From Terriglobia bacterium (GTDB lineage: Bacteria > Acidobacteriota > Terriglobia > 20CM-2-55-15): a stretch of DNA of 64,000 nucleotides. Location: contig CBDAOY010000009.1 in NCBI GenBank assembly GCA_965198225.1, positions 544,001 through 608,000 of the forward strand. The letters run 5' to 3'. How positions within the stretch are numbered: position 1 is the stretch's first letter; every line of letters starts with the position of its first letter. The notes under the pieces are model-generated. The model was not told the origin of the DNA, ran no database searches, and saw only the letters and a program-made list of their open reading frames with translations. Of this stretch, positions 18,485-26,384 are shown in pieces. Position numbers and translations under genes: made by a program.

Positions 18485-20092
18485 ATGAACCGGCTGATGA
18501 CGGGCCTGGTTCGTACGGTTTCGGTGGAGCGGATCGCCCACTTTGCCGTGAAGCTTCTGGTCGAGGACACAGCGGCCCAGAACTGCTCGCTGATGCTATT
18601 GCACCGGGACTCCGGCGAGTTGCGAATCGCCGCGGCGACGGCCGGCTTCGGAACCGCGAACGGGTCTGAGAGGGCAGATTCCACCGAACCGCTGAAACTG
18701 GGCTGTGGCGTAGCCGGCTGGGTTGCGTCCGAACAGGTTCCGGTCCGGTTGGAGGAGGCCTCCAAGGACGCGCGGTTCATCTCGCTGTCAGCATCGGATG
18801 TCGTCGTCAATTCACTGATGAGCTTTCCCCTGGTCGCCAACCGTGAAGTCCTGGGCGTGATGAACCTGAGCAGCCCGGCGCCGGGCGTCTTCTCGGAAAA
18901 AGATGAGGAGCTGGTTGCCGTGGCAGCCGACCACATCGCGTTCGCACTGGACCGTGCGACGCGTTTCGAGAACGCAGAACATCACAACCGAGAGCTCCTC
19001 GAACAGGTGTCGGGCTACCAGACCCGACTTTCTCAAGCGGAGAAGATGTCCGCGGTTGGAAGCCTGCTAGCCGGAATCGTGCATGAACTCAACAACCCCC
19101 TGACGACCATTCTGGGTTTCTCGCAACTCCTGGCACAGACCAGTGGCGGGGACCGGAGAGACCTCGAGCGAATCGTTTCCGAGTCGGAGCGATGCGCCCG
19201 CATCGTCCAGAATGTCTTACGTATGTCACGCCCCGGCAAAGGCGAGCGCGAGCTGGTCGACGTGAATTCCTGCATCCGAGAGACCGTGGAGCTTGCCGAA
19301 TATCAAAGGCATCTTCACCGGATCGAGCTGACCCTGAAGCTGGCAGAGTCGAACCCCAAGATCTACGCCAACGACTGCGAGTTGACGCAGGTCGTGCTGA
19401 ATCTCGTCACCAACGCCATCCAGGCCATCGCTGCGGATCGTACGGAGGGCAAGATCGAGATTGAGACCCGCGTCGACGATTCCCGGGTGTCGATCCAGGT
19501 GCGCGACAACGGCCCGGGCATCGAGGCGCCTGCGTTGTCACACATTTTCGAGCCGTTTTTCACGACCAAGGAGACGGGCACAGGCCTGGGATTGAACCTC
19601 TCCCGCGAACTTGTACGAGCCAATGACGGTGAGGTGACCGTCGAGAGTACCCCGGGCGTCGGGACGAGCTTCGCACTGCAATTCGACGTGTCGGAGGAGG
19701 ATCCCGGAGATGAGGTCAACTGCACCAAGCCGACAGTACTGGTTGCCGACGATGAGCATCACATCCTCGACCTCGTCAATACAGTACTGACCGATTCCGA
19801 CTACCGTGTGGAATGTGTGGGCAGTGGCGAAGAGGCGATGGACCGGCTGAAAAGTCAGGACTTCGACCTGCTGATCAGTGATCTGCGGATGCCGGGCATC
19901 GGCGGCCGGGAGCTGGTCGAGTGGGTGCAGCAGTATGACACCAATGCAAAAGTGTTGCTGCTGACAGGCGACGTCGCCAGTCGTGAGATGAAAGAGTTCA
20001 TCGCCGGTTCCGGGGCCCAATGCTTGTCGAAGCCGTTCCGGATCGGCGAATTGATCGAGGCGGTCGAACAGGTGTTCTCATCCAGCCATTGA
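18485..20092 (+). CDS. Hybrid sensor kinase, GAF-HisKA-HATPase-REC (cytoplasmic)
   Basis: GAF (GCGVAGWVA, FPLVANREVLGVMNL), HELNNPL, NLVTNA, DNGPGI, FEPFFTTK, GTGLGL and REC (VADDE, DLRMPG, KPF); ATG 18485 has a GGAG SD. Confidence 0.9.
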   Translation: MNRLMTGLVRTVSVERIAHFAVKLLVEDTAAQNCSLMLLHRDSGELRIAAATAGFGTANGSERADSTEPLKLGCGVAGWVASEQVPVRLEEASKDARFISLSASDVVVNSLMSFPLVANREVLGVMNLSSPAPGVFSEKDEELVAVAADHIAFALDRATRFENAEHHNRELLEQVSGYQTRLSQAEKMSAVGSLLAGIVHELNNPLTTILGFSQLLAQTSGGDRRDLERIVSESERCARIVQNVLRMSRPGKGERELVDVNSCIRETVELAEYQRHLHRIELTLKLAESNPKIYANDCELTQVVLNLVTNAIQAIAADRTEGKIEIETRVDDSRVSIQVRDNGPGIEAPALSHIFEPFFTTKETGTGLGLNLSRELVRANDGEVTVESTPGVGTSFALQFDVSEEDPGDEVNCTKPTVLVADDEHHILDLVNTVLTDSDYRVECVGSGEEAMDRLKSQDFDLLISDLRMPGIGGRELVEWVQQYDTNAKVLLLTGDVASREMKEFIAGSGAQCLSKPFRIGELIEAVEQVFSSSH

Positions 20093-20110
20093 TCGTCACG
20101 GGAAAAGCCG

Positions 20111-20818
20111 GTGAAGCAGAAAACAGTCGCGATCATTCAAGCCCGAATGGGCTCATCCCGCCTTCCCGGCAAGGTACTGCTGCCGCTGGGCGGCCGCTCC
20201 ATCCTGACCTATCTGGTGGAGCGCCTTTACCGAACCCGTACCGTCGATGAAGTCGTTGTCGCCACGACGGTTCACCCCCGCGACGACATCATCGTGGAAG
20301 AGTGCCGACGCCACGACGTCGCGTGTTTTCGGGGAAGCGAGTATGACGTCCTCGGTCGCTACCTGGCCGCTGCCACGGTTTCCGGCGCCGACATCGTGGT
20401 TCGGGTGACGGCCGACAACCCGTTTACCGATCCCGAAAGTATCGACCTCGTGGTGGAACACATCATCGAGAACGGCGTGGAATACGCCCTCGAAGACGGT
20501 CTGCCGGTCGGGACGACCGGCGAGGCTGTGACCCGCAGGTTGCTTGGCCGGATGGCGGACCTGGCCCACCGGGTCGACGAGCCGCGGTGGCGTGAGCACG
20601 TGACGCTGTACGCCAAAGAAAACCTCAAGGAAGCACGGGGGGAATTCCTCCAGCCCAGGCCACGCTGCGACAGGCCGGAAATCCGCCTGACCGTCGACGA
20701 ACTGCCCGACTATCTGCTGGCTCAGGAAGTAGCGAGAAACCTGAACGATCTGGATTTCGACATTTCCGCTCTGATCAGCCAGGCCGAGAGCATATCGGCA
20801 GCGCCTGCGGCGCTTTAG
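20111..20818 (+). CDS. SpsF-like acylneuraminate cytidylyltransferase
   Basis: IIQARMGSSRLPGKVL, FRGSEYDVLGRY, VRVTADNP and REHVT motifs. Confidence 0.9.
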   Translation: MKQKTVAIIQARMGSSRLPGKVLLPLGGRSILTYLVERLYRTRTVDEVVVATTVHPRDDIIVEECRRHDVACFRGSEYDVLGRYLAAATVSGADIVVRVTADNPFTDPESIDLVVEHIIENGVEYALEDGLPVGTTGEAVTRRLLGRMADLAHRVDEPRWREHVTLYAKENLKEARGEFLQPRPRCDRPEIRLTVDELPDYLLAQEVARNLNDLDFDISALISQAESISAAPAAL

Positions 20819-20998
20819 CACTCAGCCATCTGCCGTCGGCTGTCAGCTCAATCGGATGCGACTGTCGTCGCGCGTGGGAAGTTGCTCTCGGGACGGCTCA
20901 ACTCGTTGATTCTACGACAGGCCTACCCGGAGCTGGACGCTGATAGCCAGCACCTGATGACTGCTCCTTCATTGACCGCCAAAATCCTCAAAATAGAC

Positions 20999-21026
20999 TG
21001 AAGAACGGACCCCCGCCGGCCGATGA
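20999..21026 (+). promoter_or_regulatory. Sigma28-type promoter of flbD-motAB
   Basis: TGAA-N16-GCCGATGA. Confidence 0.55.
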
Positions 21027-21070
21027 GTTAACCATAGGGCGCACAGTCTGCGAGCCCGGAGGTGCATATC

Positions 21071-21316
21071 GTGATCACGGTTACGAAGATCAACAAGAAG
21101 CCGATCGTACTGAATTGCGAATTGATTCAGACGGTTGAGCACGTGCCGGATACGGTCATCCACCTGACGACGGGAGACAAGCTGATTGTCTCCGACCATC
21201 CCGAAGACATCGTGCGCAAAGTGATCGAGTACAGGAAAAGTATCAACTGTTCCGGTATCGACGTCTACGTTCATTCAGAAGAGAACGAGGAGACGCCCGA
21301 GCCTGTTGCGGAATGA
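21071..21316 (+). CDS. flbD: Flagellar FlbD (SwrD)-family protein
   Basis: ITVTKIN..IVLNCELIQTVEHVPDTVIHLTTGDKLIV; GGAGG SD before GTG 21071; lies upstream of motA. Confidence 0.88.
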   Translation: MITVTKINKKPIVLNCELIQTVEHVPDTVIHLTTGDKLIVSDHPEDIVRKVIEYRKSINCSGIDVYVHSEENEETPEPVAE

Positions 21317-21365
21317 AACGAACACGACTCGGGCGGATGAAGCCGGTTTGTAGGGGAATACACTC

Positions 21366-22154
21366 ATGGATCTCGGAACCATACTTGGCATCTCTCTCGC
21401 ACTGATTGGAATCCTGTTGGGCCAGTTGCTGGAAGGCGGATCGATTCTCCAGATTCTGCAGCCGACAGCGTTTTTGATCGTGTTCGGAGGGACGATCGGT
21501 GCAACCATGATCGGCTTTCCGCTCTCGGCCTTCATGAAGGCGACGAGCGATTTGATCTATGTCTTCATGGAAGAAAAAACGCAGCCGAACGGCGTGATCG
21601 ACCAGGTCATTCAGTTCACGAACAAGGCGCGGCGTGAGGGGATCATCTCACTGGAAAAAGACGCCGAAGGCGTTGAAGATCCGTTCTTCAAGAAGTCCAT
21701 CATGATGGCCGTCGACGGCATCGAGCCCCGCGAATTGCGCGAGACGATGGAAATGGAGCTGCAATACATGGAGGAGAGGGGGGAGATTTCATCGAAGATA
21801 TTCGAAGCGGCCGGCGGCTACGCACCGACGATCGGGATTATCGGCGCGGTGCTCGGGCTGATAGTGGTGATGCAGCATCTCGACAACATCGACGAGGTCG
21901 GACACGGTATCGCCGTGGCTTTCGTCGCCACGATCTACGGAGTTGGTGCCGCCAACATCTTCTTCCTTCCCGCCGCGGCGAAGCTGAAACTCAAGGCCCG
22001 GAAGCGGATTATCATCAAGGAGATGATGCTGGAGGGAACACTCGGAATCCTGGAAGGCCAGAACCCCCGTGTGATCGAAGGCAAGCTGACCTCGTTCCTC
22101 GACGAAAAGCTGCAGAAAGCCCGCGAGGAATCCGGCAAGAAGGGCGAAGAATAG
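21366..22154 (+). CDS. motA: Flagellar stator protein MotA
   Basis: LIVFGGT, ARREGIISLE, GGYAPTIGIIGAVLGL and AFVATIYG motifs. Confidence 0.95.
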   Translation: MDLGTILGISLALIGILLGQLLEGGSILQILQPTAFLIVFGGTIGATMIGFPLSAFMKATSDLIYVFMEEKTQPNGVIDQVIQFTNKARREGIISLEKDAEGVEDPFFKKSIMMAVDGIEPRELRETMEMELQYMEERGEISSKIFEAAGGYAPTIGIIGAVLGLIVVMQHLDNIDEVGHGIAVAFVATIYGVGAANIFFLPAAAKLKLKARKRIIIKEMMLEGTLGILEGQNPRVIEGKLTSFLDEKLQKAREESGKKGEE

Positions 22155-22155
22155 A

Positions 22156-23064
22156 ATGGCGCGAAAGAAGAGACACGAGGAGCACGCCAACCACGAACGG
22201 TGGCTGGTGTCCTATGCGGATTTCATTACCCTGCTCTTCGCCTTCTTCGTCGTCATGTTCGCGGCGTCCAACGCCGACGAGCAGAAGGCCGGAAAGGTCG
22301 CCCAGGCGGTCGAAATGGCGTTCTCGGAGCTGTCGGTGTTCAGCCCCTCCGGCAAAGTATTTCCATTGTACGATACGGGAGGTCTGCCGTCCGACAACAT
22401 GAGCATCATCGGTAACCTGCACTCGGGTTTCACCCAGACACAAGTGGTTGCGGCTGGCCGCGGTCACGGCGAGGGTGAAGGCAAATACGACATCGAAGCC
22501 GTCCAGGAACGACTCGAGAACCTGCTCGGTCAGGAGATAGCCGAGGGACAGGTCCGGATGAATATCGACGAACGCGGCTTGACGATCAGTCTGGCGGAGG
22601 CTGGTTTCTTCGATCCCGGCTCGGCGGTGATTCAGCGCAAGGCGCTGCCGGTCGTCGACGGGATCGCCGGAAAGCTGCGGGATCTTCCCTGGGATGTTCG
22701 CGTCGAAGGACACACCGACGACATTCCTATCAAAACCGCCCAGTTTCCCTCGAACTGGGAGTTGTCGACGTCCAGGGCGACTTATGTTCTCCAGCACCTG
22801 ATCTCGAGCAGTCAGGTTCCACCAGAACGACTCTCGGCAGTCGGATATGGCCAGTACCGACCCGTCGCCTCCAACTCCACGCGGGAGGGCCGGGGCCTGA
22901 ACCGACGCGTCGACATCGTGGTGCTCAGCACGACGGCTCAAGCACTCGAACCAAAGGCAATGCCCGAGAGCGGCGAAGCGAGCGAGGTGGACCAGTCGGC
23001 CCGCTCAGGTGCAGTCGAACCCGCCCCCGAGACCAGCTCCGTGCATGCCGCCAGTAGTCCGTAG
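22156..23064 (+). CDS. motB: Flagellar stator protein MotB
   Basis: WLVSYADFITLLFAFF; OmpA-like domain with EGHTD, NWELS..RA and NRRVDI. Confidence 0.95.
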   Translation: MARKKRHEEHANHERWLVSYADFITLLFAFFVVMFAASNADEQKAGKVAQAVEMAFSELSVFSPSGKVFPLYDTGGLPSDNMSIIGNLHSGFTQTQVVAAGRGHGEGEGKYDIEAVQERLENLLGQEIAEGQVRMNIDERGLTISLAEAGFFDPGSAVIQRKALPVVDGIAGKLRDLPWDVRVEGHTDDIPIKTAQFPSNWELSTSRATYVLQHLISSSQVPPERLSAVGYGQYRPVASNSTREGRGLNRRVDIVVLSTTAQALEPKAMPESGEASEVDQSARSGAVEPAPETSSVHAASSP

Positions 23065-23333
23065 GGGCCGCTGTCGCGGCCAGTAGTCAGTAGTCAGTTG
23101 CCAGTTATCAGTTGCCACCGCGCTAATTCGATCCCCCCTCGACCTACTCAGAAAAGAAAACCACTGATCCTATTGCAAGTTGCGACATTTGAACAAGCCG
23201 CCTTGTTAGGTTTCTCATTGCTGATTGCTTCATCTCAGATCTTCGGCCGATGAGAAATTGAGCAATTATCCAATCTCCAATTTCGAATGAGGCCCCCTCC
23301 ATCGTCCCGGTGCGTCATATAATCATTCCCACC

Positions 23334-23468
23334 ATGACCTGCGACCTCTGCACCAGTGACGACGGCAAGGGTACCCACTACCACGCCTTCATCGACGGCA
23401 AACATTACTGGGTTTGCGCCAACTGTAAGTCCCGGCTCAAGATTGAATCCGAACACACGGACGAGTGA
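23334..23468 (+). CDS. 44-aa Cys4 zinc-finger-like mini-protein, copy 1
   Basis: MTCDLCTSDDGKGTHYHAFIDGKHYWVCANCKSRLKIESEHTDE; TATAAT 10 nt upstream; differences between copies are mostly synonymous. Confidence 0.75.
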   Translation: MTCDLCTSDDGKGTHYHAFIDGKHYWVCANCKSRLKIESEHTDE

Positions 23469-23713
23469 AGAAGTAGGCGCTCTCCTCTCTGACCCACCCC
23501 AAGAAGACCCTGAGCCGATCGCAGATTGCGATATTTGAACAATCCACATTGCAGGTTTCTCATTGCTGATTGCTTCATCTCAGATTTTTCGGCCAATGAG
23601 AAATTGAGCAATTTCCAATCTCCAATTTCCAATGCGGATTCGTCCATTGACCAATTTGCGATAGATCCGATTCCCCTTCACCGTCCCAGCCATGTCACAT
23701 AATCATTCCCGCC

Positions 23714-23848
23714 ATGACCTGCGACCTCTGCACCAGCGACGACGGCAAAGGTACCCACTACCACGCCTTCATCGACGGCAAACACTACTGGGTGTGCGCC
23801 AACTGTAAGTCCCGGCTCAAGGTTGACTCCGAACACACGGACGAATGA
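23714..23848 (+). CDS. 44-aa Cys4 mini-protein, copy 2 (I37V, E38D)
   Basis: Differs from copy 1 at 7 nt: 5 synonymous and 2 conservative changes. Confidence 0.72.
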   Translation: MTCDLCTSDDGKGTHYHAFIDGKHYWVCANCKSRLKVDSEHTDE

Positions 23849-24093
23849 AGAAGTAGGCGCTCTCCTCTCTGACCCACCCCAAGAAGACCCTGAGCCGATC
23901 GCAGATTGCGATATTTGAACAATCCACATTGCAGGTTTCTCATTGCTGATTGCTTCATCTCAGATTTTTCGGCCAATGAGAAATTGAGCAATTTCCAATC
24001 TCCAATTTCCAATGCGGATTCGTCCATTGACCAATTTGCGATAGATCCGATTCCCCTTCACCGTCCCAGCCATGTCACATAATCATTCCCGCC

Positions 24094-24228
24094 ATGACCT
24101 GCGACCTCTGCACCAGCGACGACGGCAAAGGTACCCACTACCACGCCTTCATCGACGGCAAACATTACTGGGTTTGCGCCAACTGTAAGTCCCGGCTCAA
24201 GATTGAATCCGAACACACGGACGAGTGA
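24094..24228 (+). CDS. 44-aa Cys4 mini-protein, copy 3
   Basis: Protein identical to copy 1; 5' half has copy-2 codons and 3' half has copy-1 codons. Confidence 0.72.
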   Translation: MTCDLCTSDDGKGTHYHAFIDGKHYWVCANCKSRLKIESEHTDE

Positions 24229-24256
24229 AAGACGTAGGATAACGGCCTACGGACTA

Positions 24257-25258
24257 CTAGTCCCTGAACCGTCGTAGGAACTTCACCACGCGAAAGCCCA
24301 CGATGGCGTAGAACGGGAAGTGAGCCATCGTGTAGTGTCCGCACGGCAGTGTAGTCAATTCGTAGTCGAGGCCATGGCGGTCGAATTCCCTGAACGACTT
24401 CCGTGACAGCTCGTAGGGGAAGCTCAGGTCATACCTGCCGGCGAGAACCAGCAGCTTCTGCCCCGTGCCTCCCAGGCGATGAATAAAGGGGTACGGGCTG
24501 ATCGGTGACCAGAATCGGCGAAGGTCATCCAGCGTCGTCGAGCGTTCGAGTGACTCCCGAACGTGGGACGTCGACAGGCCGTCCCATACGACGTCGGCGA
24601 AATGCGACGAGACATGTATGAAGGCCCCGCACTCGAACCGCTTGTCGTGGGCCATCGTTAGAAAGCCGATACAGGACCCGATGCTGGTACCCAGGATGCC
24701 CAGCCGCTCATAACCGCGCCTGGAGAGCCAGTCGGCGGCCCGCCTTACGTCGAGCACCGCCTGCCGTGTGGAGGCGATCGTTTGCCCGACATTGGGCCCG
24801 ATCAGGTATTCCGCGCGCTCCAGGTGTTCGGGGCGGCGGTGGTCGTGGTACGGCAGACTGAGGCGAAGGGCCGTGATCCCGAACCGCTGCAGGACGCGGC
24901 ATAGCCGAATCTGGCTGTGCCACTTCGCGTTCCATTGCGGCAGAACGATGACGGCGAGCTTGCTCGTTGAGGGGAAGAGCCGTCCCCAGACAGTGTTGTT
25001 GACTTCGTGAGGCGTTTGGATCGCGCTGGGGAACTTCAGGGTCGTGCCGTCGAATTCATGGCTGGGCGCCGGCTCGGACGCGTAGAAACGATCGCTGTCT
25101 GCCAGCGCCGCCTCGACGTATCGCTCGAGGGCTTCGGTCGGGCTGACGCCGTTTTCGAGACCGAGGTGCTCGACTCCCCATTCAAACTTGCGGGGATAGC
25201 GGTTCCTGTCCCTGTTGTGCCAGCGCCGTTCACGTCGTTCGATGTGGTTACGCAGCAT
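24257..25258 (-). CDS. Alpha/beta hydrolase (ABHD18-like)
   Basis: GTSIG nucleophile elbow, RQAVLDVRRA and C-terminal CGHY. Confidence 0.82.
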   Translation of the reverse strand: MLRNHIERRERRWHNRDRNRYPRKFEWGVEHLGLENGVSPTEALERYVEAALADSDRFYASEPAPSHEFDGTTLKFPSAIQTPHEVNNTVWGRLFPSTSKLAVIVLPQWNAKWHSQIRLCRVLQRFGITALRLSLPYHDHRRPEHLERAEYLIGPNVGQTIASTRQAVLDVRRAADWLSRRGYERLGILGTSIGSCIGFLTMAHDKRFECGAFIHVSSHFADVVWDGLSTSHVRESLERSTTLDDLRRFWSPISPYPFIHRLGGTGQKLLVLAGRYDLSFPYELSRKSFREFDRHGLDYELTTLPCGHYTMAHFPFYAIVGFRVVKFLRRFRD

Positions 25259-26363
25259 CGACTATGGCCCGTATGGTTTCAGGCGAAACGGCAGGCACCT
25301 TTGCCAGGTAGAGGTTGTCTTCCACATGATCGATGCTGCTCATCCCGACCAGCGCCGACGCAACCCCGGGTGTGGAACGCACGAATTGGATAGCCCGCTG
25401 GGAGTCGCTCTGGAGATTCGGCAGAAACCCATCGATCCCTTCCGGGAGATGGCGGCTCAACTTGGCCTGCATCATCGAGGCGCTGGCCATGACTGCAATA
25501 TCCAGTTCCGCGGCCGCTTCGAGGGTCGAGCGCGCCGTATCGCCGATCTTCTGGTTCCGAAGCCCGAAAGCTTCGCGCATTGCCAGGTTGTAGGGAAGTT
25601 GGACGACTTTGAAGTGATGTCGGTCGCCGGCGACCCCGCGGGCGCATTCGACGACCTCCGACAATGAGAGGAACCCACGCGTCTGCGGCAGAGTGCGGTA
25701 TCCGTTCCAGGTGGCCGTTCCATATGCCGAGATCTTGCCGTCTTCGACAGCGGACTCCAGGAACTCGAAGGCCGACCGCAGGCGGTCGATGAACAAGTCG
25801 TGGGGAATCTCCTCGAGTTGGGTCTCGGGGTTGTGAATGTAGAAGAGATCGATCGTCTCCAATCCCATATTCTCGAGGCTGCGGTCGAGCTGGTTGGCGA
25901 GGTACTTCGGGGCCATCGTGTGCGAGCCGGCCGCGATCTCCTCAGGTTGGAGCATCCCGGAGTCGAGGTAGGTCTTCACAAGATAGTCCCTGGGATCCGC
26001 CGGGTAACTGCCGTCGAAACTCAGGAAGCCGGCCTTGGTCGCGATCACGAGTTCGTCCCGCGCCGCCGTTCCGGCCGATCGTAGATCTTCGAGTGCGGAG
26101 CGAATCGACCGCTCGCTCCGCTGGAAGCGGTAGTTGATGGCAGAGTCGATCACGTTGACACCCAGCTCGACGGCACGCCCGATAGATTGCCGGTAGAGCT
26201 CATCGGTCGTGTCGTCCGCTTCGCCGAGGTATGTGCCTATGCCGATCGACGACATCGTCAGGCCGCCGTATTCCCGAAAGTGTGCCGCCGCCGCCGGGCC
26301 AAACCTGTCAGCATAGCGCCTGGTGCCCGCAGCCGTTGCTTTCGTAGCGTTGTCGTCTGGCAT
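25248..26363 (-). CDS. Aldo/keto reductase
   Basis: IGIGTYLG, IDSAINY, IATKAG, IDLFYIHNP and VQLPYN motifs. Confidence 0.9.
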   Translation of the reverse strand: MPDDNATKATAAGTRRYADRFGPAAAAHFREYGGLTMSSIGIGTYLGEADDTTDELYRQSIGRAVELGVNVIDSAINYRFQRSERSIRSALEDLRSAGTAARDELVIATKAGFLSFDGSYPADPRDYLVKTYLDSGMLQPEEIAAGSHTMAPKYLANQLDRSLENMGLETIDLFYIHNPETQLEEIPHDLFIDRLRSAFEFLESAVEDGKISAYGTATWNGYRTLPQTRGFLSLSEVVECARGVAGDRHHFKVVQLPYNLAMREAFGLRNQKIGDTARSTLEAAAELDIAVMASASMMQAKLSRHLPEGIDGFLPNLQSDSQRAIQFVRSTPGVASALVGMSSIDHVEDNLYLAKVPAVSPETIRAIVDAA

Positions 26364-26384
26364 GAGCCCAACCGATCGATTCCA

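Larger units (their letters stand above)
23180..24228 (+). repeat. Tandem array with a 380-bp period, each unit carrying a small gene
   Basis: Spacers 23469-23713 and 23849-24093 are identical; a diverged related spacer precedes copy 1. Confidence 0.92.

Noticed and set aside
23235-24027. Minus-strand ORFs of 80-104 aa in the tandem array
   Set aside because: Copy differences are synonymous only in the plus-strand 44-aa frame; these ORFs vary in length between copies
23180-24228. CRISPR array or IS cluster
   Set aside because: Units are 380 bp, the spacers are identical, the variable part is a coding ORF, and there is no transposase
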